Of a stretch of DNA of 60,163 nucleotides, positions 36,028-48,612 are shown piece after piece (within the stretch, counting starts at the first letter, position 1; every line of letters begins with the position of its first letter). The notes under the pieces were generated by a model. It saw nothing but the letters and a program-made list of their open reading frames with translations. It had not been told where the DNA came from and ran no database searches. This DNA is from Gammaproteobacteria bacterium (GTDB taxonomy: Bacteria > Pseudomonadota > Gammaproteobacteria > Natronospirales > REEB76): contig DASSIS010000087.1 in assembly GCA_035691665.1 (NCBI GenBank), forward strand, positions 1 through 60,163, in the 5' to 3' direction. A program made the position numbers and the translations under genes.

Positions 36028-36576
36028 ATGTACGACCGCGAACCCGTCAAGCTGAGCCGCGCCTGCGAGGCGGTGATGATCCCCGCCGGCACGCACGTGC
36101 TCATCCCGGAAGGCACCGAAGTGAACGTCGCCCAGTCCTTAGGGGGGAGCTTCACCGTATACGTGGATGGCAACCTGCTGCGCATCGCCGGCAAGGATGC
36201 CGATGCCCTGGGGCTCGAGGTCCAGGTCGGCCCCAAGCTGCCGGAGAACCCCACGGACACGGACGTGGAGAGACTCGTCTGGGATCAGCTCAAGACCTGC
36301 TTCGATCCGGAGATCCCCATCAACATCGTGGATCTGGGCCTCGTCTATTCCTGCGAACTCAGTCCCGCGGACGAGGGTGGCAAGAAAGTAGCGGTGAAGA
36401 TGACCTTGACCGCCCCCGGCTGCGGCATGGGGGGCATCCTGGTGCAGGACGTGAAGGAGAAGCTCGAGCAGGTGCCCCTGGTACACAGCGCCGACGTGGA
36501 ACTGGTCTTCGACCCCCCCTGGAGCCGGGAGATGATGTCCGAAGAAGCCAAGCTTCAAACCGGGATGTATTACTGA
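36028..36576 (+). CDS. sufT: long-form SufT (DUF59/MIP18) Fe-S assembly protein
   Basis: 182 aa. DUF59 core CFDPEIPINIVDLGLVY ... MTLTAPGCGMG, with an N-terminal extension of about 75 aa. Confidence 0.8.
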   Translation: MYDREPVKLSRACEAVMIPAGTHVLIPEGTEVNVAQSLGGSFTVYVDGNLLRIAGKDADALGLEVQVGPKLPENPTDTDVERLVWDQLKTCFDPEIPINIVDLGLVYSCELSPADEGGKKVAVKMTLTAPGCGMGGILVQDVKEKLEQVPLVHSADVELVFDPPWSREMMSEEAKLQTGMYY

Positions 36577-36896
36577 TGGCCGATTGGATCGACGTCGGTA
36601 CGGTGGACGAGATTCCGCCCGGCAGCCACAAGGTGGCGGACGTGAACGACGTACTGATCGCCGTTTTCAACGTGGGCGGGCAGTTCTACGCCATCGAGGA
36701 CGTCTGCACCCACGACGGCGGCATCCTGACGGGCGGCCAAGTGAAGGACTGCATCATCACCTGCCCGCGTCACGGCGCCACCTTCGACATCCGCACCGGC
36801 ATGGCCCTGACCGCACCCGCTTACGAGCCCACCGCCACCTTCCCCGTCCGGATCGAGGGCGGGAGGGTGCAGGTCAAAGACGATCGCTGGGATTGA
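36576..36896 (+). CDS. Rieske [2Fe-2S] ferredoxin-like protein
   Basis: 106 aa. CTHDGG ... CPRHGATFD (CxH / CxxH). Confidence 0.85.
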   Translation: MADWIDVGTVDEIPPGSHKVADVNDVLIAVFNVGGQFYAIEDVCTHDGGILTGGQVKDCIITCPRHGATFDIRTGMALTAPAYEPTATFPVRIEGGRVQVKDDRWD

Positions 36897-36899
36897 GGA

Positions 36900-37523
36900 T
36901 CAGATGTCGGCCGGCAGGTCCGATTCCCCGAAGTGTTCCAGGTAATCGGCATGGGCCGCCTTGATCACCTCGTAGGCCTGCTCATGCTTATAGACTGACT
37001 GGATGTCCACCTTGTGGGCCTGGCCGGGCACCCACTTGTAGGTGCTGAAGTAGTGCACCAGGCGCTCCACCATCACGTGGGGCAGGTCCTCGAGCTCGCG
37101 CGCATGACCCCAGAGGTTATCGCTAGCCAGGACAGCGATGATCTTATCGTCCGCTTCGCCGCCGTCGATCATGCGCAAGCCGCCGATCACACGCGCGCTC
37201 ATGAGCACTTCCGATCTGGCGATGGGCCGCTCCGAGAACACGCAGATATCCAGCGGATCCCTGTCGCCCGGGATGTCGCCTCCCGCCAGCTTGCCAACAC
37301 GCTCGCCGCAGTAGGTGCGCGGCACGAAGCCGTATAAGGCCGGCATGTGCGCCGAGCTGCGCTGCGGACGGTCCACCCGCAGATAACCCGTGGCCTTATC
37401 CACCTCGTACTTCACCACGTCGAAGGGTGTGATCTCGATGTAGGCGTTGACCACACCAGGCGCTTCCTCGCCGAGGTCCAGGCCGTGCCAGGGGTGAGGG
37501 CGCCATTGGTTATAAGGCTTCAT
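36900..37523 (-). CDS. ppa: inorganic pyrophosphatase (family I, long form)
   Basis: 207 aa. [33 protein letters not shown] and [12 protein letters not shown]. Confidence 0.9.
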   Translation of the reverse strand: MKPYNQWRPHPWHGLDLGEEAPGVVNAYIEITPFDVVKYEVDKATGYLRVDRPQRSSAHMPALYGFVPRTYCGERVGKLAGGDIPGDRDPLDICVFSERPIARSEVLMSARVIGGLRMIDGGEADDKIIAVLASDNLWGHARELEDLPHVMVERLVHYFSTYKWVPGQAHKVDIQSVYKHEQAYEVIKAAHADYLEHFGESDLPADI

Positions 37524-37531
37524 CTATGCTC

Positions 37532-37655
37532 CGAAAACGCATCTTTTGCTTCAATACTTCGTTGCCTGCGCTTCCTCGAATGCTCATTTGCTACTTGCAA
37601 ACTCCGCTTCTCGGAAGCTTGGCGCCTCGTCTTGAAGCAAAATCCGCTGTTTTCG
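37532..37655. repeat. long imperfect inverted repeat enclosing about 77 nt (structured intergenic element)
   Basis: Arms cgaaaac (37532-37538) plus ttttgcttcaa (37544-37554) pair with ttgaagcaaaa (37632-37642) plus gttttcg (37649-37655). An inner hairpin gcttc-tcg-gaagc is present. Confidence 0.5.
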
Positions 37656-37725
37656 TCTTCTTGACGAGCAGTTCAGGTGGCGGGGGCGCGCATTGTACTG
37701 GTCTTGGGCGCCGCTTCCAAGCGTT

Positions 37726-37995
37726 TCAGTGCTGCTCGCGGTCCTGTGGCTTCTCCACCGTGTATTCGCCCTCCAGGGTCAGGGGGCCCGCTTGCCCCTG
37801 CCGTGCAAAGCGCCGACGCAGCCACCAGATACGCAGGTACAGGGCCGCGCCCAGGATGACCACGAGTCCGAGGATCACCAAGAACAGGAAAGTGCCGAGG
37901 AAGAACGCCGTGGTGAAGATCACCACCAGCACCAGGGCAGAGAAGAGCCTGGACACGGGTCCGCGGCTCGGCGGGAAGCGGTGCATCAGGATCAT
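37726..37995 (-). CDS. small two-TM membrane protein
   Basis: 89 aa. LFSALVLVVIFTTAFFLGTFLFLVILGLVVILGAALYLRIWW. Starts 8 nt after the GT9 gene stop. Confidence 0.5.
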   Translation of the reverse strand: MILMHRFPPSRGPVSRLFSALVLVVIFTTAFFLGTFLFLVILGLVVILGAALYLRIWWLRRRFARQGQAGPLTLEGEYTVEKPQDREQH

Positions 37996-38003
37996 GGTCA
38001 GCG

Positions 38004-39032
38004 CTACAGCAGGCGCTTGGCGATATCCGTGGCGGCGACGCGGATGTCGATGCGGGACATGTCGCTCTCAGCCGCCCCTTCAGGCGGCATGAAGGCGAGC
38101 CGCTCCTTCGGCGGGTTCACCGTCTGCCAGCGCAGAGCCGTGGCCGAGCGGCGCCGCGGGTAGAAGGCGGCGGTGGGCACGCCCAGGGCAGCCGCAAGAT
38201 GCAGCGGTCCCGTGGAGCCGCTGATGAACAGGTCGGCGAACTGCAGGTGGCCGGCGAAAGCCGCCAGGCCGTCTTCGGATGCATAGACGCAGTTGGGCAC
38301 CTTGCTGCCGACCATGCTGGCGAGCCGGTGGGCGTGGGCTTCCTCGCCCGGACCCGCGCTCAGCACGAAGTGCAGCTTCTTCGAGGCGGCGAGCTTGCGC
38401 ACCAGTTCGGCGTACTGCAGCACCGAGAGGTTGCTGGCGGAACCGCCGTGACCGGGGTGCACGAACACGAGCTTCTTGGCGGAGGCGATCTTGTGCTTCT
38501 TCAGGAAGCGCTGCTTGAGCTTCTTGGTGTCCGCAGGCTTGAACTTGAGGTACGGCGGTTCCACGGACTTCGGCTTGCGTACCCCCTGATCCGCGAGGAA
38601 GGCATGCACCAGGTCCAAGTTGTACTCGTATTCAGGTTTCTCGGAACGCGAGCGCCGCTGGGTCATGCGCTTGTTGTAGAAGAACTGCGCGAGCTTGGTG
38701 GCGGGGGCGTAGCGCAGCGGTATGCCCGCAGACCAGACCCCGTAGCCCGTATCGAAGCGGGAGAAAAGGGTGATCACCGCGTCGAACTTCATGGGTTTCA
38801 AGAGCTCGGCCAAGGCCCGGCCGTTCTTCCAGTCGCCCTTAAGCCCAGGGTCCACCACCACCTCGTCCACGTAGTCGCAGGCTTCCGCCAGATCCTCGGT
38901 ATAGGACGGTACCAGTACGGCGATATGCGACTTGGGAAGGTTCTTGCGCAGCGACGCGAGAGCAGGCCAGGCGAGCATGAAGTCGCCCAACTTGTCGTTG
39001 CGTATCACCAGGATCCGGGGGGTGGCTGCCAT
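38004..39032 (-). CDS. glycosyltransferase family 9 (LPS heptosyltransferase-like)
   Basis: 342 aa. ILVIRNDKLGDFMLAWPAL N-terminus and FISGSTGPLHLAAALGVP C-terminal motif. Confidence 0.85.
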   Translation of the reverse strand: MAATPRILVIRNDKLGDFMLAWPALASLRKNLPKSHIAVLVPSYTEDLAEACDYVDEVVVDPGLKGDWKNGRALAELLKPMKFDAVITLFSRFDTGYGVWSAGIPLRYAPATKLAQFFYNKRMTQRRSRSEKPEYEYNLDLVHAFLADQGVRKPKSVEPPYLKFKPADTKKLKQRFLKKHKIASAKKLVFVHPGHGGSASNLSVLQYAELVRKLAASKKLHFVLSAGPGEEAHAHRLASMVGSKVPNCVYASEDGLAAFAGHLQFADLFISGSTGPLHLAAALGVPTAAFYPRRRSATALRWQTVNPPKERLAFMPPEGAAESDMSRIDIRVAATDIAKRLL

Positions 39033-39059
39033 GCGGGCAGGATACCCGGGTATGTCGGA

Positions 39060-40145
39060 TTATGGAACCTTCCGGGCCCCGAACTTGGCGCGGATCTCGC
39101 CGTCCACCGTATCCAGCAACCGGAACCGACGTTGATACAGGCTCCGTTTGCGGCTCGGCACCGTCTCCAGGGCGCGGCGCGGCGGCTGCACCGGCAGCTC
39201 GTAGAACCCCCCCGCCACCGGCACCCCGCCCGCCTCCTGCCAGAGCTCGTCGTAAGAGGACTTGATGCTGATGCGACCGCGGTAACGCCGGCGCGTCAGG
39301 CAGTGGCTGTCGTTGGTGACGCCATAGATGCGATCTATGCCCCAGCAGGCGGCGATCTCACGCAACACGTGGATCAAGAGCGGCTTGGGGCGCAGCCCGT
39401 GGAAGAGTTTGGTGGCGAGCTTGGCGTCTTCCTTGCCCTGCTCCGCATGACCACCTTGCACTCCACCGACCACCATCTCCCACCCGGACTTCCCCTGACA
39501 TACCGTGAACGTCAGCGAAGCGATCCAGGCGTGCTCACGGTGCGTGTGCAGGGAGTCCAAGCGTCCCAGCGACAGGGTGAGCTCGCCTTCCTGCTGCATG
39601 TGCTTGGCATACGTGAGGTTGATGGCGAGCGGCTCCTCGAGCCCGCCCATGGACGTCTCATTGAGGAGGTAAGGCTGGTTGGAGAGCACCGCGTCGATGA
39701 GCCCCTTGGGTGCGTGCTGGCCCAGGAAGAGATAGTGCTGCACCAGCGCGTGGCAACGCTCCTCGCTCTTCAGGCTCTTGTAGAGATAGGGCCGGAACGG
39801 TTTCTCGTAGAACCGCGGGTAGAAGTTCGTGATGCGCCCGAAAGGCGATGCCGTGAGGAAAGCGTGCCAGCGGCGCCAGATCCCGAAATGCACGAAGGCG
39901 CGGAAAGAAAGCCGTACCCGCTTCACCAGCCTCTTGGAGCGGACCCCGGCGAAGACCCGACGCGCCGTCGGATAGACGGCGCCGAGCGCCGTCCAGAAAT
40001 CCGAGGGCGCGGCCGGCTGCAGCCGGTCGTTGGCCGCACTGGCGTGCGCCACCACGGCGACGCCGAACGAATCCGGTGCCGACTCGAGATGGAGCCCGGG
40101 GATCAGGGTCCCAGACTTCTCAGCGCTTCCTGCTCTCGGGTCCAT
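39060..40145 (-). CDS. VirK/YbjX (DUF535)-like protein
   Basis: 361 aa. C-terminal half (LFHGLRPKPLLIHVLREIAACWGIDRIYGVTNDSH ... SYDELWQEAGG) resembles DUF535 as I remember the family. Confidence 0.65.
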   Translation of the reverse strand: MDPRAGSAEKSGTLIPGLHLESAPDSFGVAVVAHASAANDRLQPAAPSDFWTALGAVYPTARRVFAGVRSKRLVKRVRLSFRAFVHFGIWRRWHAFLTASPFGRITNFYPRFYEKPFRPYLYKSLKSEERCHALVQHYLFLGQHAPKGLIDAVLSNQPYLLNETSMGGLEEPLAINLTYAKHMQQEGELTLSLGRLDSLHTHREHAWIASLTFTVCQGKSGWEMVVGGVQGGHAEQGKEDAKLATKLFHGLRPKPLLIHVLREIAACWGIDRIYGVTNDSHCLTRRRYRGRISIKSSYDELWQEAGGVPVAGGFYELPVQPPRRALETVPSRKRSLYQRRFRLLDTVDGEIRAKFGARKVP

Positions 40146-40352
40146 ATACCTTCAGATGACGGCGCCCGATACGGGCTTAAGGCCTAAAGACGTGTATTCA
40201 GCGGGTGAAAGACGTCGAACGGCTGATACATTTTGTCAGAATGGTCCTGAGTGATTATTACAGCTTGGTAATGTTAGTCGAGCAGGCAGCGAAAGCCGCA
40301 CTCAACAAAACGGGAATTATGGAAATTCAGATTATTTAAGAGAGAGGAAAGT

Positions 40353-40525
40353 TGGCGGAGAGGGTGAGATTACTCTGGGCATCCCTGCCCTTCGCCCCTT
40401 CGGGGCCCGCGCTTCGCGCGGTTCAAAATCGCTCCCGGCGATTTTGTCGAACTCACGAAAGGCTTACGCCTTTGGCGGTTTTCAAGACGCTCGGCGCATG
40501 CGCCTCGCCTTAACCCACTCGGCCA
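40353..40525 (-). pseudogene. decayed tRNA-Ser(UGA) copy with hairpin insertions
   Basis: The minus strand retains the D-arm, CTTGAAA anticodon loop, variable arm, both T-stem halves and a 3' acceptor strand with CCA. It lacks a 5' acceptor strand. It carries a 12-nt palindrome (40493-40504) and a 76-nt insert (40372-40447) inside the T-loop. Confidence 0.65.
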
Positions 40526-40537
40526 CAAGAAAGAAAT

Positions 40538-40627
40538 TGGCGGAGGGAGTGAGATTCGAACTCACGAAGGACTTACGCCCTTGCCGGTTTTCAAGACCGG
40601 TGCCTTAAACCGCTCGGCCATCCCTCC
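40538..40627 (-). tRNA. tRNA-Ser (anticodon UGA)
   Basis: Minus strand reads GGAGGGA TG GCC GAGCGGTTTAA GGC A CCGGT CTTGAAA ACCGG CAAGGGCGTAAGTCCTTC GTGAG TTCGAAT CTCAC TCCCTCC G CCA. It folds as a class II cloverleaf with a long variable arm and encoded CCA. Confidence 0.93.
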
Positions 40628-40638
40628 GGACGGCGGGA

Positions 40639-43238
<2,600 letters not shown>

Positions 43239-43257
43239 GGAGGCAGTCAGGGAACGC

Positions 43258-43923
43258 TCAGCCCTTGGGCGGCGTGCTGCCCGTGTCGCCGATCACGTCG
43301 GCGCCCTTGGGCGGGGTAAAATTGAAGGCGTCGTCCGACACGGGCACGTTGCGCTGCAGCTTGCTGAAGGTGATGCGCGTGAGGTCGCCCAGGTTGTCCT
43401 TGAGCTCCATCACCGCCACGTCATCGCCCTTGAAACCCAGCCGCATGTTCTCGAAATCCGTGTCCTTCACCTTCGGCACCAGGTTGACCCACTCGAGGCC
43501 GTCCTTCGCGCCCAGGTCCTCCACGCTGAAGCTCTTCTCCACGTCGTTGGAGCCGGAGAGCAGCACCGCCGGGCTTGCTGCCAGGGTGTCGTTCAGGGGC
43601 TTCACCGTCACCTGCTGCAGCTCCACGTCGTAGAGCCAGAGCCGCTTGCCGTCCGCCACGATCACCTCGGGATTGGGCTTGGCGTAGTCCCAGCGGAAGC
43701 GGTCCGGCCGCTTGATGGAGAGCGTGCCGTCGGACTGCTTCACCTGCTTCAGGTTGCTGTCCAGTACCACCTGGGTGAAATCCGCCTTGAGGCTGTGCAC
43801 GTCCTCCAGGAACGCGTGCATCCGGGCGACGCCGCCCGTGGGGGCCGCTGCCAGCGGCAGCGCGAAGACCGAGAGGGCCAGGGACAGCAGGATGCGCTTC
43901 ATATATATGAGCCTCGTGTTCAT
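43258..43923 (-). CDS. lolA: outer-membrane lipoprotein carrier LolA
   Basis: ATG at 43923 overlaps the ftsK stop (ATGA); an alternative start at 43902 ([20 protein letters not shown]) is possible. [12 protein letters not shown] motif. Confidence 0.85.
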   Translation of the reverse strand: MNTRLIYMKRILLSLALSVFALPLAAAPTGGVARMHAFLEDVHSLKADFTQVVLDSNLKQVKQSDGTLSIKRPDRFRWDYAKPNPEVIVADGKRLWLYDVELQQVTVKPLNDTLAASPAVLLSGSNDVEKSFSVEDLGAKDGLEWVNLVPKVKDTDFENMRLGFKGDDVAVMELKDNLGDLTRITFSKLQRNVPVSDDAFNFTPPKGADVIGDTGSTPPKG

Positions 43924-46256
43924 TCGTCCCCATCGGGTGGCGGCGCGGCCGCCAGCACCTCGCGGGAACCGTTGGATTGCAAGGGACCCACGATGCCGCG
44001 GGCCTCCATCTCCTCGATCATGCGCGCCGCCCGGTTATAGCCGATCTTCAGGCGCCGCTGCACGCCGGAGATGGACGCGCGCCGGCTCTCGGTGACGATG
44101 CGCACCGCCTGGTCGTACAGGGGGTCCGCCTCGCCGCTCACCTCCCCGTCCTCGCCCGGCTCCCCCATGCCCGTGAGGCCCGGCACCGGCTCCGAGGGGC
44201 CTTCCAGGATCTCGTTCATATAACGGGGTTCGCCTTTGCGCTTCAGATGCGCCACCACCTTGTGCACTTCCTGGTCGCCCACGAAGGCGCCGTGGATGCG
44301 CACCGGCAGCGAGGTGCCGGGCGGCAGGTACAGCATGTCGCCGTGGCCGAGCAGCGACTCCGCACCCTGCTGGTCCAGGATGGTGCGCGAGTCCACCCGG
44401 GCCGACACCTGGAAGGCGATGCGCGCCGGGATGTTGGCCTTGATGAGGCCGGTGATCACGTCCACCGAGGGTCGCTGCGTGGCGAGCACCAGATGGATGC
44501 CGGAGGCACGGGCCTTCTGGGCCAGGCGCGCGATCAACTCCTCCACCTTCTTGCCCACCACCATCATCATGTCGGCGAGCTCGTCCACCACCACCACGAT
44601 GTGGGGCATGGGGGTGAGCGTGCGGATCTCGGAGTCCGGCAGGAGCGCCTTCTGCTCCGGCGTCTGCATCGGATCGGGGATGGGTTTCTTGGCGTCGATG
44701 GCTTCCTTCACCTTGCGGTTGTAGCCCGCGAGGTTGCGCACCCCCAGGGCGGCCATCAGCCGGTAGCGGCGCTCCATCTCCGCCACGCACCAGCGCAGCG
44801 CGTTGGAGGCCTCCTTCATGTCGGTCACCACCGGTGCCAGCAGGTGCGGGATGCCCTCGTACACCGAGAGCTCCAGCATCTTGGGGTCGATCATGATGAT
44901 GCGGGTGTGCTCGGCGGTCGCCTTATATAGGAGGCTCAGGATCATGGCGTTGATGGCCACGGACTTGCCCGAGCCCGTGGTGCCGGCGATCAGGAGGTGC
45001 GGCATGCGCTCCAGGTCCGCCACCATGGGGTTGCCGCCGATGTCCTTGCCGAGCGCGAGGGTCAGCGGCGAACCGCTGTCGTCGTATTCCTTGGATTTCA
45101 GGATCTCGCCCAGGGTCACGAGCTGGCGCGCCTCGTTGGGGATCTCGAGTCCCACCACGGACTTGCCAGGGATGACCTCCACCACGCGCACGCTGATGGC
45201 CGACAGGCCCCGCGCCAGGTCCTTGGAGAGATTGGTGATCTGGCTCACCTTCACGCCGGGTGCCGGCTGCAGCTCGAAGCGGGTGACCACGGGGCCCGGG
45301 TTCACCGCCACCACCTGCACCTCCACCCCGAAATCCTTGAGCTTGAGTTCCACGGTGCGGGACATGGCCTCGAGCGCCGTCTCGGAGTAACCCTCGACCT
45401 TGGGCGGCTCGTCCTCCAGCAGCGAGAGCGGCGGCAACTCGGAATCGGCCGGCGGCTCGAACAGCGGCACCTGGCGCTCGCGCTCCACCCGCGGGCTCTG
45501 CTCCACCGGCTTGGCGATGGGCTCGATGCGCGGCTTGGGTTTCTTCTTCACTTCCTGCTGGTGGACCTTGATCACCTCCACCTGCTGCTCGCGCACGCGG
45601 CGCGCCTGGATGGCTTCCCGGAGCCAGGCCCAGCGGTTGCGGGAACGCTCGATGAGGAGCAGCGTCCAGTGGCCGGTGCGGTCCATCATGGCGAGCCAGG
45701 AGAGGCCGGTGAACACCGTCACCGCGCCGAGGAAGATCGCGAGCAGCACCAGCATGGCCCCGAGCGGGCTCAGCACGTGGGCCAGGTTCTTGCCGATGGC
45801 ATCCCCCAGCATCCCGCCGGCGTCCACCGGCAGGCCGCCCGGCTCCTTCACCGAGTTGATGGAAGCGAGGCCGCTGGCGGTGAGCAGCGCCAGGACCAGC
45901 CCGCCGATGCGCGCCGCCAGGTGCCACTTGTTCACGGGCTGGGTGGAGCGCCGCGCCACGAAGATGAGCCAGCCGGACCAGATGAGCAGCGCTGCCAGGA
46001 GATAGGCGGGATAGCCGATGAGGAAATAGAGGAAGTCGGCGAGCCAGGCCCCCGCAGGGCCGATGGCGTTCTGGACATGGCCCCCGGCCTCTCCGCTATA
46101 GGAGAAGCCGGGGTCCTTGGCGTTGTAGGTGGAAAGTGCCAGCAGCAGGACCAGGCCCGCCACCAGGAAGATCCACAGCGCGGCTTCCTTCAGGCCCTGG
46201 GCCAGGTGGATAGCCAGCGGTGACCGCTCGTTTTCCTTCCGCGTCGCTTGCGCCAC
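43920..46256 (-). CDS. ftsK: DNA translocase FtsK
   Basis: 778 aa. N-terminal TM helices, Walker [10 protein letters not shown]-terminal gamma wHTH ([24 protein letters not shown]). Confidence 0.95.
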   Translation of the reverse strand: MAQATRKENERSPLAIHLAQGLKEAALWIFLVAGLVLLLALSTYNAKDPGFSYSGEAGGHVQNAIGPAGAWLADFLYFLIGYPAYLLAALLIWSGWLIFVARRSTQPVNKWHLAARIGGLVLALLTASGLASINSVKEPGGLPVDAGGMLGDAIGKNLAHVLSPLGAMLVLLAIFLGAVTVFTGLSWLAMMDRTGHWTLLLIERSRNRWAWLREAIQARRVREQQVEVIKVHQQEVKKKPKPRIEPIAKPVEQSPRVERERQVPLFEPPADSELPPLSLLEDEPPKVEGYSETALEAMSRTVELKLKDFGVEVQVVAVNPGPVVTRFELQPAPGVKVSQITNLSKDLARGLSAISVRVVEVIPGKSVVGLEIPNEARQLVTLGEILKSKEYDDSGSPLTLALGKDIGGNPMVADLERMPHLLIAGTTGSGKSVAINAMILSLLYKATAEHTRIIMIDPKMLELSVYEGIPHLLAPVVTDMKEASNALRWCVAEMERRYRLMAALGVRNLAGYNRKVKEAIDAKKPIPDPMQTPEQKALLPDSEIRTLTPMPHIVVVVDELADMMMVVGKKVEELIARLAQKARASGIHLVLATQRPSVDVITGLIKANIPARIAFQVSARVDSRTILDQQGAESLLGHGDMLYLPPGTSLPVRIHGAFVGDQEVHKVVAHLKRKGEPRYMNEILEGPSEPVPGLTGMGEPGEDGEVSGEADPLYDQAVRIVTESRRASISGVQRRLKIGYNRAARMIEEMEARGIVGPLQSNGSREVLAAAPPPDGDE

Positions 46257-46295
46257 CTAGTACCCTGAGTGAGGTAGCCGTGATGGCTTGCTACT

Positions 46296-47351
46296 TTACT
46301 TTAGCAGCGCCGGATGCACCACTTTGCCGCCTTCCACGTTGATGCCCTTGCGCAGGGACTCGAGGTCGCGCCAGCCGCCCGCCGCCAGCTTGATGGCGTA
46401 GGGGGTGATCGCGGCCGAGAGGGCCTGGGACGAGGTGCGCGGCACCGCGCCCGGCATGTTGGTGACGGTGAAGTGGGTGACGCCTTCCCAGACGTAGGTG
46501 GGGTTGTCCCAGGTGGTCGGCTTGGTGGTCTCGACGCAGCCGCCCTGGTCGACCGAGATGTCCGCCACCACGCTGCCGGGCTGCATGCTCTTCACCATGT
46601 CCGCGGTCACCACGTGGGGGGCCTTGGCGCCGGTGATCAGCACCGCTCCCACCACGATGTCGGCGAAGCGCACCGCTTCGGCGATGTCCGCGGTGTGCGG
46701 GTACAGGGCCGTGACGTTGGGGCCGAGGTCGCGCATGCGTTCCATGCGGTCGCGGGAGATGTCGAACACCGTCACCTGGGCGCCCATGCCCGCCGCCACG
46801 GTGGCCGAGGCCCCGCCGGCGACGCCGGCGCCCACGATCACCACGCGGCCGCGCTTGGCGGCAGGCACGCCGCCGAGCAGGATGCCCTTGCCGCCCATGG
46901 GCTGGTGCAGCAGGTGAGTTCCCACCTGGACGGAGAGGCGTCCGGCGATGTCGCTCATGGGAGCGAGCAGCGGCAGACGGCCGTCCTCCTCCACCGTCTC
47001 GAAGGCCACCGCGGTGCAGCCGATCTTCTTCAGGCTCTCGGTGAGCTCGGGCAGGGCCGCGAGATGCAGGTAGCAGAACAGCAGGTGGTCCTTGCGCAGC
47101 AGCTCCAGGTCCGCCTTGATGGGTTCCTTCACCTTCACGATCATCTCGGCCTTGCCGTAGACGTCGGCGGCGGTAGCCAGCACTTCCACGCCCACGGAGC
47201 GGAAGTTGTCGTCGCTGTAGCCGCTCTTGACGCCGGCGTTCTTCTCGATGAACACCTGATGGCCGTGGCGGACGAGCTCGGCGGCCGCGGCCGGGATCAG
47301 GCCGACGCGGCCTTCGAGCGGCTTCAGCTCGCGGGGAATACCGATGCGCAT
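46296..47351 (-). CDS. ald: alanine dehydrogenase
   Basis: 351 aa. [40 protein letters not shown] and [11 protein letters not shown] match Ald rather than PntA, despite the shared MRIGIPRE start. Confidence 0.88.
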   Translation of the reverse strand: MRIGIPRELKPLEGRVGLIPAAAAELVRHGHQVFIEKNAGVKSGYSDDNFRSVGVEVLATAADVYGKAEMIVKVKEPIKADLELLRKDHLLFCYLHLAALPELTESLKKIGCTAVAFETVEEDGRLPLLAPMSDIAGRLSVQVGTHLLHQPMGGKGILLGGVPAAKRGRVVIVGAGVAGGASATVAAGMGAQVTVFDISRDRMERMRDLGPNVTALYPHTADIAEAVRFADIVVGAVLITGAKAPHVVTADMVKSMQPGSVVADISVDQGGCVETTKPTTWDNPTYVWEGVTHFTVTNMPGAVPRTSSQALSAAITPYAIKLAAGGWRDLESLRKGINVEGGKVVHPALLK

Positions 47352-47632
47352 GGAAGACTCCTTTAGCTAATCGCGAATATTCGTTAACATGAAATCCGCC
47401 GGCCCGGCCCAGCTATTGGGTGTAACCGGCGTAATGAAACCTTCTGGCTCTCATCCGCGCAGGCGGACCCCCACTCGAGTGGCAGGCGCGGGGCGGAAAA
47501 GGCCGGGGATTCTCCTAGAAGCTGGCGTCTTGACACAAGAACCGCGGGGACCCGCCGGCTTCGGACCTGCAAGACCCCCTGGGCCTTGAAAACCCGCAGA
47601 CCGCCGCCACGTAAGGCGGCTGAAGAGGTTGA

Positions 47633-48601
<969 letters not shown>

Positions 48602-48612
48602 GCTAAGCTCTC

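Noticed and set aside
37526-38092. 188-aa plus-strand ORF across the ppa upstream gap and the small membrane-protein gene.
   Set aside because: It overlaps the better-supported minus-strand genes in antisense. It also spans the inverted-repeat element and has an implausible composition.
38199-40187. 662-aa plus-strand ORF.
   Set aside because: It is antisense to the GT9 and VirK-like genes and is rich in R/G/H/E/L runs with no motifs.
40353-40525. Whether the interrupted tRNA-like sequence is a functional intron-containing tRNA, tmRNA or tRNA-Sec.
   Set aside because: The 5' acceptor strand is missing and the anticodon stem is disrupted. The insert is in the T-loop, whereas bacterial tRNA introns are group I introns in the anticodon loop. 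It is far too short for tmRNA, and the anticodon is UGA (Ser), not UCA (Sec).
47389-47589. 66-aa ORF in the ald-trxB intergenic region (and 47384..47572 on the other strand).
   Set aside because: The composition is Arg/Pro/Gly-rich, there is no RBS and no motifs. It is probably chance ORFs in a GC-rich spacer.
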